Shown here in pieces: positions 16,249 through 23,517 of a stretch of 34,046 nt of DNA; the stretch's first letter is position 1; the number at the start of each line of letters is the position of its first letter. This stretch comes from a virus. Taxonomy: Duplodnaviria > Caudoviricetes. The notes beneath the pieces are model-generated. The model was given only the letters and a program-made list of their open reading frames with translations, was not told where the DNA came from and did no database searches. The stretch covers positions 1 to 34,046 of IMG/VR virus record IMGVR_UViG_3300043416_000072; one strand, 5' to 3'. Both the position numbers and the translations under genes were made by a program.

Positions 16249-16532
16249 GACCAGTTATCCAACAAGCCGTGCGGAATATGCTTAAAAGCCATGAGGATGG
16301 CCTTACAAGGCAAGAGCTATCCGATGCCCTGGGGATTCACATAACTAACGTCAAACGGGCGATTAAGGCCATGCCTGACGCTTATGTTGACCGATGGGTT
16401 CGAGGCAAGCGCAATGCCTTTCAAAAAGTCTACTGCGTTGTCAAAGTTCCTGAAGACTGCCCACACCCAAAAGACCAGGTGTTCCGTGGCGGCTGTGGCA
16501 AACCAAAAACTGTTTGGGTGACATTGCAATGA
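16245..16532 (+). CDS. HTH DNA-binding protein
   Basis: DGLTRQELSDALGIHITNVKRAI helix-turn-helix. Confidence 0.7.
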   Translation: MRPVIQQAVRNMLKSHEDGLTRQELSDALGIHITNVKRAIKAMPDAYVDRWVRGKRNAFQKVYCVVKVPEDCPHPKDQVFRGGCGKPKTVWVTLQ

Positions 16533-16696
16533 GTAGGTCATACGCACTTAAAAAGCTGCTTGAGCATGGGCCATTAACCCGCCAAGAGATTGTTGAGATC
16601 ACTGACTGGAAAGCAAAGCAGGTTCACTTTACTTTGGCGTATTTGGCTCAAACCGGAGCAATTGTTAAACAAGAAAAGACTTGGAAATTAGGGTAA
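16529..16696 (+). CDS. Small winged-HTH protein
   Basis: LLEHGPLTRQEIVEITDW...LAYLAQTGAI; ATG 16529 overlaps the upstream stop. Confidence 0.65.
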   Translation: MSRSYALKKLLEHGPLTRQEIVEITDWKAKQVHFTLAYLAQTGAIVKQEKTWKLG

Positions 16697-16702
16697 CTAC
16701 GG

Positions 16703-16915
16703 ATGGCGTACAGCAGAAAAACCATATCCAATGAAGGTGACAGATACATGATTGAGCTTGGTGAAGCGCGAGTTCTCTACAGAACTTACGAATCAACAGG
16801 CCAAAAGGTTCTTACAAAAGTCCGCATGGAGTGGCTTGAAAAGAGATATGGAACTGGCGCTGTTGTGAGAATTCGGTCTTACATGGTCAAATTACAAAGT
16901 GGTGAACTTGAATGA
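16703..16915 (+). CDS. Hypothetical protein
   Basis: 70-aa ORF within the coupled operon. Confidence 0.6.
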   Translation: MAYSRKTISNEGDRYMIELGEARVLYRTYESTGQKVLTKVRMEWLEKRYGTGAVVRIRSYMVKLQSGELE

Positions 16916-17178
16916 GATATGCAGCCCGAGTTGACGCAAACCAAGCGCAAATTGTTTCAGCACTTAGAGCCGCTGGCGCTTATGTCTGGATTATCGGCTT
17001 GCCTGTTGACCTGCTTGTGGGATACAACGGGCATAGCTTTCTTGTGGAAATCAAGGATGGCCCAAAAAAGCGTTTAACGAAACTACAACAAGACTTTTTT
17101 GAAAATTGGTCTGGCGGTATGTTAGCAAGGATTGATGGCCCTGAAGCGGCTTTAAGAATGATTGGGGTAGCAAAGTGA
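16912..17178 (+). CDS. PD-(D/E)XK / VRR-NUC-like nuclease (resolvase-like)
   Basis: RVDANQAQIVSALR, PVDLLVGY, LVEIKDG and LTKLQQDF motifs. Confidence 0.8.
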   Translation: MRYAARVDANQAQIVSALRAAGAYVWIIGLPVDLLVGYNGHSFLVEIKDGPKKRLTKLQQDFFENWSGGMLARIDGPEAALRMIGVAK

Positions 17179-17588
17179 AAGTAACGCTGCACAGCGCACA
17201 ACAAGCGCACACTGTCCTGAAAGATGTTTGGCAAAAAGCCAAGCCTTACCTGTTGGCGGGTAACAAGCTGGTGCTGACGATTGAACAAGAAAAGCGAAGC
17301 CAAGAGCAAAACGCTTTGATTTGGTCTGTTCTGACTGATCTGTCAAAGCAAGTTGACTGGCATGGCGAGAAGCTGACCAAAGAAGAATTCAAGGATTTGC
17401 TTACTGCTGGCCTGAAAAAGCAGCGAGCTATCCCTGGCATTGATGGCGGCTTTGTGGTTCTTGGCTCGTCAACCAGCAAGATGACAAAGCAAGAGATGTC
17501 GGACTTGATAACGCTTGCACACGCATTTGGTGACGAGCGCGGTGTTAAATGGTCGCCTACAAGCATTGGAGAGCAGAATGAAAGTTGA
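17175..17588 (+). CDS. ninB: NinB/Orf-family recombination protein
   Basis: KRSQEQNALIWSVLTDLSKQVDW, PGIDGGFVVLGSSTSKM and EMSDLI motifs. Confidence 0.92.
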   Translation: MKVTLHSAQQAHTVLKDVWQKAKPYLLAGNKLVLTIEQEKRSQEQNALIWSVLTDLSKQVDWHGEKLTKEEFKDLLTAGLKKQRAIPGIDGGFVVLGSSTSKMTKQEMSDLITLAHAFGDERGVKWSPTSIGEQNES

Positions 17589-18285
17589 GATTGGCAACGC
17601 CACCTTATATCTTGGCGACTGCATGGACATTCTGCCTACACTGGATAAGGTGGATGCGGTGATTACTGACCCGCCTTATGGGATTGGTATTGACAGAGCA
17701 ATGGCGGCATCAAGTGGCACAAAAAGCGGCGGCATGATGGCTAAAAAAGGCGTTTGTGTTGCTTCTGGTTGGGATGATGCGCCAATGAGTTTAGAACTTG
17801 CTGAACTGATTATCTCCAAAGGTAATGATGTAATTTTTTGGGGGGGAAATTATTACGGATTGCCAGCCAGCCAATGCTGGTTAGTTTGGGATAAAAAAGT
17901 AAATGGTAATTTTGCAGATTGCGAATTGGCATGGACAAACATGAGTAAGCCAGTTCGTAAATTTGAATGGATGTGGAATGGCATGTTGCGACAAGGCAAA
18001 GAAGAAAGAAATGGACACCCAACACAAAAACCATTGGCTTTGATGGCTTGGTGCATTGAGCAATGTTTAAGCCCTGCTGAAACCATCTTAGACCCTTTTA
18101 TGGGTAGCGGCACAACAGGCGTTGCTGCTGTCCAGATTGGTCGCAAGTTCATAGGTATTGAGCGTGAGCCTAAATACTTTGAAATTGCTTGCAAGCGCAT
18201 AGAAGACGCACAACGAACATTTGATATGTTTGGATTTAATGGCACTTGTGCTGCTGACTTGCCAAAACAAGAGGTAATGTTTTGA
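17578..18285 (+). CDS. Orphan N6A/N4C DNA methyltransferase (beta class)
   Basis: DPPY, HPTQKP and LDPFMGSGTT motifs; start at ATG 17578 after GGAG. Confidence 0.92.
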   Translation: MKVEIGNATLYLGDCMDILPTLDKVDAVITDPPYGIGIDRAMAASSGTKSGGMMAKKGVCVASGWDDAPMSLELAELIISKGNDVIFWGGNYYGLPASQCWLVWDKKVNGNFADCELAWTNMSKPVRKFEWMWNGMLRQGKEERNGHPTQKPLALMAWCIEQCLSPAETILDPFMGSGTTGVAAVQIGRKFIGIEREPKYFEIACKRIEDAQRTFDMFGFNGTCAADLPKQEVMF

Positions 18286-18575
18286 CCAAGGATGAGAAGG
18301 CGCACAAGCAAGCCGTGGCCGCATTAGGTTGCGCCTTGTGCCATCACTTACACGGCGAACACGATCCAGCGCCCGTAGAGCTTCATCACCTAAGAGCAGG
18401 AGGGTGGGGAAAAGGTGGGTACATGACGTTGATACCACTGTGCGCCGAGCATCACCGTGGCAACACTGGCTTTCACGGGTTGGGAAGCAAAGGCTTTGTT
18501 AAGCACTACGGCATCACACAGCAAGAGCTTTTGGATTGGACGCTTCTACGGGTTTCCACTAATACACAAAGCTGA
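18282..18575 (+). CDS. Ref/DUF968-like Zn-binding HNH-type nuclease
   Basis: GCALC...ELHH...IPLCAEHH...GFH motifs. Confidence 0.8.
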   Translation: MTKDEKAHKQAVAALGCALCHHLHGEHDPAPVELHHLRAGGWGKGGYMTLIPLCAEHHRGNTGFHGLGSKGFVKHYGITQQELLDWTLLRVSTNTQS

Positions 18576-18611
18576 TTTGCGCTTGCACAATTGAGGCTCA
18601 TTAACCAAGGA
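18547..18611 (+). promoter_or_regulatory. Promoter with 15-bp box B (TACGGGTTTCCACTA, 18547-18561)
   Basis: Box B matches the reverse complement of box A at 13/15; -10-like CACAAT at 18586; shares GAGGCTCA with the box A leader. Confidence 0.6.
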
Positions 18612-18617
18612 ATCAAT

Positions 18618-18836
18618 ATGACCGAATTTGAGTACAACACAACATTGAACGGCGGCATTGTCACTGTTGTTTTAAACATTGAAGAAGTGTGTGACGAAGA
18701 CGGGATTGATTACTTCACATCTTTGCAAGCTGTGTACCACGATTGCACTGACGTAACAGGCATCCTCTCTAAGCAGCAGTTAAACGAGCTTGAGATGGAA
18801 GCTCAGTCTGTTTTGCATGAAACGAGCTTTAGTTGA
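18618..18836 (+). CDS. Acidic hypothetical protein
   Basis: SD AAGGA then ATG 18618. Confidence 0.65.
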   Translation: MTEFEYNTTLNGGIVTVVLNIEEVCDEDGIDYFTSLQAVYHDCTDVTGILSKQQLNELEMEAQSVLHETSFS

Positions 18837-18848
18837 TAGGGGTAAATC

Positions 18849-18989
18849 ATGAAAGCATTTATTGAATACATCAAGAAACTGTTTGAGCGTGTAGAGCCAG
18901 CAGTCACTGACGAGCATTGTCCAAGGTGTTGGGGTTTGGGTTATGACTCAAGCGGATACACCTGTTCATGTTTACGGGAGAAGAAATAA
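18849..18989 (+). CDS. 46-aa Cys-rich protein (CxxCxGxG...CxC); not in ORF track
   Basis: MKAFIEYIKKLFERVEPAVTDEHCPRCWGLGYDSSGYTCSCLREKK; SD AGGGG. Confidence 0.65.
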   Translation: MKAFIEYIKKLFERVEPAVTDEHCPRCWGLGYDSSGYTCSCLREKK

Positions 18990-19342
18990 TGTTTTACGGA
19001 CAATGCAACGATTGTGGACAACGATGGGAGTTTGGCACAGCCAGCACCTGCACTTGTAAGGAAGAAGAAATGACACCAAACACAATCCAATTTCACAGCG
19101 GAACGCCAGCAACAGAAGTTTTGCGCTTGTCTAAAGATGGCATATGGGCCAACCCTGACATTCCTGCTGATGACGCAGCCAAGCTGGTTTTGTCGGCTAT
19201 TGGCGACAACATTGAGATACTGGTGCAGAAGGCTGTGCTTGCCGAAAGAGAGGCGTGTGCAAAGGTGTGTGAGGACACTCCGTGGTCAAACTGGTTTACT
19301 GCTGACTGCGCCGCCGCCATCCGAGCAAGGGAGAACACATGA
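18989..19342 (+). CDS. Modular hypothetical protein (N-terminal CxxC...CxC; C-terminal EREACAKVC...AAAIRAR)
   Basis: TAATG coupling and SD GGAG. Confidence 0.65.
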   Translation: MFYGQCNDCGQRWEFGTASTCTCKEEEMTPNTIQFHSGTPATEVLRLSKDGIWANPDIPADDAAKLVLSAIGDNIEILVQKAVLAEREACAKVCEDTPWSNWFTADCAAAIRARENT

Positions 19343-19893
19343 AAGACGAAGCATATTTCACTTACGCTCATTTAAAGAAAAGTGATGGCAATATTTTTTA
19401 TATTGGAAAAGGTAAGCAAGGAAGGGCTTTTAGCAAGGCTAACCGAAATAATTATTGGCATAACACGGTTGCAAAACATGGATTGGAAATAAATATTCTT
19501 GCCGCATGGAAGTCAGAGCAAGAGGCGTTTGAGCATGAAAAATTTTTGATTTGGTGCTTCAAGGACATGGGGTTTGGTTTAGTAAATATGACTGATGGCG
19601 GTGAAGGATTGTCAAACCCTTCAGAAGAAACAAGATCAAAAATGTCTCAAAACAATGCTATGAAACGCCCGGAGATTGCCGCAAAAATATCTTCCGCAAG
19701 AAAAGGCAAGCCGTTATCGGATGAACATTGTTTAAAGTTATCAAAAGTTCAATCTGGAAGAAAACTGTCTGATGCAACAAAACAAAAAATGCGCGATAGA
19801 TTTTTAACTGGAATTTCAGAAGAAACAAAACAAAAAATGTCGGATTCTTCCAAAAAAGCATGGGCAAAACGCAAGGAGAAAAATAATGGATAA
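19339..19893 (+). CDS. GIY-YIG-like homing endonuclease with NUMOD3 repeats
   Basis: YFTYAH...IFYIGKG...RA, NMTDGGEG, repeated SEET[RK]xKMS; AT-rich relative to its flanks. Confidence 0.85.
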   Translation: MKDEAYFTYAHLKKSDGNIFYIGKGKQGRAFSKANRNNYWHNTVAKHGLEINILAAWKSEQEAFEHEKFLIWCFKDMGFGLVNMTDGGEGLSNPSEETRSKMSQNNAMKRPEIAAKISSARKGKPLSDEHCLKLSKVQSGRKLSDATKQKMRDRFLTGISEETKQKMSDSSKKAWAKRKEKNNG

Positions 19894-20779
19894 AGATACT
19901 GCTCTGAAATTGGCGCTGAAGGCGTTGGAAACTATGACGCGACCAGTAAAAACAAATGACGAAACAACTAAGTACAAAGCGGTGACAAAAGCCATCACCG
20001 CCATCAAGCAAGCCCGAGCTCTCGACAAGATGGCAGATAACGCCAGAGAGCTGGGGTTGGACTACGAGCCTGTGGCTGGATGCGCCTGTCGATGGAACGA
20101 GGAAGGCGACAGGACTGTTACCTGCGAGCGTCATCAGGGGTGGCTTGAGGTGATTGCAGAGTGGGCTGACCGCGCCCGTGAAGCCGAGGAAAAACTTAAA
20201 GCCGCAGCGCAGCAAGAGCCTGACGCCTACGGCTATGCAAAAGCCTACGGCTATGCAAAACGCCTTGCTGTCGCAATATGGGAGCAGCACTACAAGGCCA
20301 CCGCACCGCAGTGGAAGCCGTTTGACGACCTGATAGGCGTACTCACGCAGATTGACAACATGGCCGCAGGACTGACCACCCCACCCGCACAGCCATCGCC
20401 TGTGCAGGAGCCTTTGGAATACTGGAACGCAATTGAGGGTTGGGTAAAGATTGACGAGGTGCGTGAGCACTTTGATTCCGTTGGGTGCGGCACGATCTAT
20501 AAGAATGCTGGCGAAGGCCGTGTGCCTCTTACCGCAGCACAGCCAGCACCTGTGCAGGAGCCTATCAAGTGGACAAACAAGATGTCTATTGATGTTCCTG
20601 ATCAAGAGCTGTACACCACCCCACCCGCAGCACAGCGGCAATGGGTGTCACTGACGGATGAGGAAATACTCAAGCTGGCCTATCCAATTCGCTGGCAAGA
20701 GGTCGATGACTTTGAGGCTGACAAGGCAGTCAATTTTGCGCAAATGGTCGAAGCCAAACTCAAAGCGAAGAACACATGA
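19886..20779 (+). CDS. Mosaic hypothetical protein of short modules joined by PAQP/VQEP linkers
   Basis: 297 aa with internal nucleotide repeats; ends WVSLTDEEI...EAKLKAKNT. Confidence 0.75.
   Translation: MDKDTALKLALKALETMTRPVKTNDETTKYKAVTKAITAIKQARALDKMADNARELGLDYEPVAGCACRWNEEGDRTVTCERHQGWLEVIAEWADRAREAEEKLKAAAQQEPDAYGYAKAYGYAKRLAVAIWEQHYKATAPQWKPFDDLIGVLTQIDNMAAGLTTPPAQPSPVQEPLEYWNAIEGWVKIDEVREHFDSVGCGTIYKNAGEGRVPLTAAQPAPVQEPIKWTNKMSIDVPDQELYTTPPAAQRQWVSLTDEEILKLAYPIRWQEVDDFEADKAVNFAQMVEAKLKAKNT
20225..20260 (+). repeat. Perfect 18-bp tandem duplication (GCCTACGGCTATGCAAAA x2)
   Basis: Read directly; encodes AYGYAK twice, in frame. Confidence 0.95.
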
Positions 20780-21087
20780 AACCCGAAGACATCATCAAAG
20801 CAACTCGCAACAGTCTGAACATCTATTCATTCACGGCTGAGGCGCTTGAGAAATTGATTGCCGCAATCCAGTCAGAACATAAATGCCAGACCTGTGAAGC
20901 GTTAGCCAGAACGGTGATGATGGATCAGACAGCGCATGACACGCATACCCCACCACAGCGCACATGGGTAGGGCTGACGGATGGGGAGTTTATTGAAATC
21001 TACAACCGTGTTAATTGGGACATCAACAATTCGTGGGCGTATGAACAAGCCATCGAAGCCAAACTCAAGGAGAAGAACAATGGATAG
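20776..21087 (+). CDS. Modular hypothetical protein ending WVGLTD...IEAKLKEKN
   Basis: ATGA-coupled; shares its C-terminal module with the upstream ORF. Confidence 0.7.
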   Translation: MKPEDIIKATRNSLNIYSFTAEALEKLIAAIQSEHKCQTCEALARTVMMDQTAHDTHTPPQRTWVGLTDGEFIEIYNRVNWDINNSWAYEQAIEAKLKEKNNG

Positions 21088-21268
21088 CAAACCAATTTGC
21101 CCGCACTGCGGACACGTTGAGCAAGACGCTTGGGAGATCAACTTTGGCCCAGGCTTGGATGGTGACACAGTGGCATCTTGCAACAGTTGTGGCGAAGATT
21201 ATTTCTTGGAGCGCATTGTTTCGGTCTGCTACAAAAGCGCCAAACTCAAGGAGAAGAGCACGCCATGA
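21080..21268 (+). CDS. Zinc-ribbon protein
   Basis: SD AAGGAG; CPHCG...CNSCG. Confidence 0.7.
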   Translation: MDSKPICPHCGHVEQDAWEINFGPGLDGDTVASCNSCGEDYFLERIVSVCYKSAKLKEKSTP

Positions 21269-21435
21269 AAACCCAACACTGCGATCAGTGCAAACACGCC
21301 ACCATGAGAGCACTGCCTAAGCCAACTCTGATCTGCGCCATGCTGCACAAACCGCGCTTTTATGCGCCTGTGTACTGGCTCAAGGATTCTTGGGGCTGGA
21401 AGCGCAAGTGCGAAGATTTTTTGGAGAAGTCATGA
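21265..21435 (+). CDS. Small Cys-rich protein
   Basis: MKTQHCDQCKH...C...C; SD AAGGAG and ATGA coupling. Confidence 0.65.
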   Translation: MKTQHCDQCKHATMRALPKPTLICAMLHKPRFYAPVYWLKDSWGWKRKCEDFLEKS

Positions 21436-21767
21436 GCAACCCTTACCCAACGTACAAAACCAACCAAATTTTTACAGCAGCAACGAGCATGAACACCGAA
21501 GAAACTTACAACGCCGAAGAAGACACCGCAGAACTTGTGCGGGTTGGAAAAATGCCAAAGCCCCTGCGCCTCGCCGCTATGTTGGAAAAGACCATGCAGT
21601 GGCCCTTGCACGGCAAGTCTGCGGATTGCTTGAGTGAGATGTATGTGTTGTTTCAGCACTGCGAAAACGAGATGCGTTACGCAGGGTGGGATAAGCGTGA
21701 AGCCGACAATTACGTGAGAAACGATGTGTACGAGCAAGTAAAACAGCTTCTGGAGAAAAATACATGA
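21432..21767 (+). CDS. Hypothetical protein
   Basis: SD GGAG, ATG 21432, ATGA coupling at both ends. Confidence 0.65.
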   Translation: MSNPYPTYKTNQIFTAATSMNTEETYNAEEDTAELVRVGKMPKPLRLAAMLEKTMQWPLHGKSADCLSEMYVLFQHCENEMRYAGWDKREADNYVRNDVYEQVKQLLEKNT

Positions 21768-21997
21768 ATGTGGTGGTATATACAAAATCAGGTTGCCCCG
21801 CCTGTATCACGGCCAAGCGGCTGCTGGACAGCAAGGGGATTGGGTACACGGAGATGGACACTGACGATGTTGGAATCCAATATGCGTTTACTCAGCAGTA
21901 CCCCGAAGCCCGACAGATGCCACAGATTTTTATCCAAGGTCAGCGTGTCGGTGGCTTGGCTGGACTGCAAGCCGCACTGAAGGAGTTGGGATTGTGA
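21764..21997 (+). CDS. grx: Glutaredoxin
   Basis: VVYTKSGCPAC...RQMPQIFIQGQRVGG motifs. Confidence 0.92.
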   Translation: MNVVVYTKSGCPACITAKRLLDSKGIGYTEMDTDDVGIQYAFTQQYPEARQMPQIFIQGQRVGGLAGLQAALKELGL

Positions 21998-22188
21998 GGC
22001 CAGATAGTCCGTGCATAGCAGTCTGCACCACCCTTTACACGGAAACATGTGATGGGTGTGGACGCACTTACATGGAGGTTGCAGAGTGGAATTTCTTACC
22101 TGAAGAACAGCGTGAAATCATCTGGCAACGCATAGACAAAGAAGCAACAGCCTGGAGATACAACAAATACAAGGATAGAGTGAAATGA
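21994..22188 (+). CDS. DUF1289-like (predicted Fe-S) protein
   Basis: SPCIAVC...CDGCGRT..EVAEW motif. Confidence 0.8.
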   Translation: MRPDSPCIAVCTTLYTETCDGCGRTYMEVAEWNFLPEEQREIIWQRIDKEATAWRYNKYKDRVK

Positions 22189-22691
22189 AAAAGAAAAGCA
22201 AGTACAAACCAAGACCCGTGATGGTTGACGCTGTTAGTTGGGTGTTGGCTGGAATGAAGCCAGTATCAAGCGTTGGTGACGCTATTGTGGTTCTGAAGGC
22301 CAAGAACCATTCAGCACTGACGGAAGTTGTGCAAGGCCGTGGGAACAGAGATCAGATTGACGTGCTTATTCATGCTTTAAACGTCTGTGAGGCGTTTGCA
22401 AGGCACGGCAAGGGCAAAGACTGGATGCCAGAGATAACAGAGGCGCAAAACGCTTTGTATGACATGGCAAAGCGTGGTGTTGAGAATGAACGGTTTATTT
22501 TCCGTGGGCTAGAGATGCAAGCCGTTAACCTGGCAATGGATGTTCACGATGTCCAGCTAGAGCAAAGCACTGTGCAAGAACTGGAAAAGATGACCGCTTA
22601 TGTCACTAAGCAGATCATCTTAAAACGAGCAAGACCTATTGTTAGTACGATAGAACATCAAACCATGCAAGAGCAAATGCAGCTAGCGTAA
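22185..22691 (+). CDS. Hypothetical protein, last gene of the early/middle operon
   Basis: 168 aa, basic N-terminus, helical. Confidence 0.7.
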   Translation: MKKKSKYKPRPVMVDAVSWVLAGMKPVSSVGDAIVVLKAKNHSALTEVVQGRGNRDQIDVLIHALNVCEAFARHGKGKDWMPEITEAQNALYDMAKRGVENERFIFRGLEMQAVNLAMDVHDVQLEQSTVQELEKMTAYVTKQIILKRARPIVSTIEHQTMQEQMQLA

Positions 22692-22740
22692 GGCCAAGAC
22701 CGATTGCAAGGGTGATGTCAGCTATTGTTTCTTTGTTCAT
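22642..22740 (-). CDS. 32-aa single-TM peptide on the opposite strand; not in ORF track
   Basis: MNKETIADITLAIGLGLTLAAFALAWFDVLSY; SD AGGAG and its own box-C promoter. Confidence 0.65.
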   Translation of the reverse strand: MNKETIADITLAIGLGLTLAAFALAWFDVLSY

Positions 22741-22860
22741 GTGAGACTCCTGTTGTTGATGGCTCAATTATCAAGTTATCAACAGAAAAATCTATCAGTA
22801 TAAACACCTAGAGACATTTGGTAAAATCTATGCTATGTTGTAAAATCTATGCAACTGGAG
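22741..22860. promoter_or_regulatory. Divergent promoter region with 15-bp box C (CAGTATAAACACCTA, 22796-22810); probable start of the late operon
   Basis: Leftward GATAAT and rightward TGC-TATGTT each lie 23 nt from the box; direct repeat GTAAAATCTATGC at 22821 and 22840. Confidence 0.6.
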
Positions 22861-22866
22861 AACATC

Positions 22867-23229
22867 ATGGGCGGTTTGCTTGGCACAGAGCTTGAAATCT
22901 CAATAGAGATTGAAGAAGCTGAAGAATCTAAGTTTGACGAGGCTGAGAACGCCAAAACCGTCAAATATATGGAAGAAGCGCAAATGTTTGGGCCTAAAGA
23001 CCCAAGCAAGCCAAGCGGCGACTTCTGGCGCGACCTAGCAAACTACTGGCGTATTGCTCCAGATCAGGCCAAACGCAAGCTGTGTAGCAACTGTAGCTAT
23101 GGTGACGATAGCCCTGAGTGCAAAGAAATGTACGGTGACGAGGCCATCTACTGCAAGAAATTTGAATTTGTGTGCCAAGAGGGCAAGACTTGCAAGCGTT
23201 GGGAACACGGCGAATCTGAAGGAGATTAA
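22867..23229 (+). CDS. Acidic protein with C-terminal Cys cluster
   Basis: SD GGAG before ATG 22867; CSNC...C...CKKFEFVC....TCKRW. Confidence 0.7.
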   Translation: MGGLLGTELEISIEIEEAEESKFDEAENAKTVKYMEEAQMFGPKDPSKPSGDFWRDLANYWRIAPDQAKRKLCSNCSYGDDSPECKEMYGDEAIYCKKFEFVCQEGKTCKRWEHGESEGD

Positions 23230-23230
23230 A

Positions 23231-23365
23231 TTGGGAACTACAAATTCACAAATGCCAAACTCCAAGGAAGCCAAGAAGTTGGCCGAACAAGCCCGTAAGC
23301 AGGCCGAGTCTAAGGGCTGGCAATCAATGGCTATGAAATTCTCTAAACCGAAAGGCAAGAAATGA
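23231..23365 (+). CDS. Small basic protein
   Basis: TTG start after GGAG (alternative ATG 23252); Lys-rich. Confidence 0.55.
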   Translation: MGTTNSQMPNSKEAKKLAEQARKQAESKGWQSMAMKFSKPKGKK

Positions 23366-23517
23366 ACGGTCTCTATGCCAACATTGCAAAGAAGCGTGAG
23401 CGCATTGAAAAGCAGAAAGAAGCTGGCAAGACCCCCGAGCGCATGAGAAAGCCTGGAACTAAGGGTGCGCCTACTGCTGCTGCTTTCAAGGCTGCTGCTA
23501 AGACTGCAAAGAAATGA
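23362..23517 (+). CDS. 51-aa Lys/Ala-rich protein (GLYANI...GAPTAAAFK type); not in ORF track
   Basis: MNGLYANIAKKRERIEKQKEAGKTPERMRKPGTKGAPTAAAFKAAAKTAKK; ATGA coupling on both sides. Confidence 0.75.
   Translation: MNGLYANIAKKRERIEKQKEAGKTPERMRKPGTKGAPTAAAFKAAAKTAKK

Noticed and set aside
17578-18575. Methyltransferase plus adjacent nuclease as a restriction-modification system
   Set aside because: The nuclease is Ref/DUF968-like and typical of nin regions; orphan methyltransferases are common in phages.
19658-20641. 327-aa minus-strand ORF
   Set aside because: It is the antisense shadow of coupled + strand genes, with no SD or promoter and no recognisable motifs.
19325-21270. CRISPR-like mini-array
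   Set aside because: The repeats are degenerate, protein-coding and irregularly spaced by hundreds of bases; no cas genes are present.
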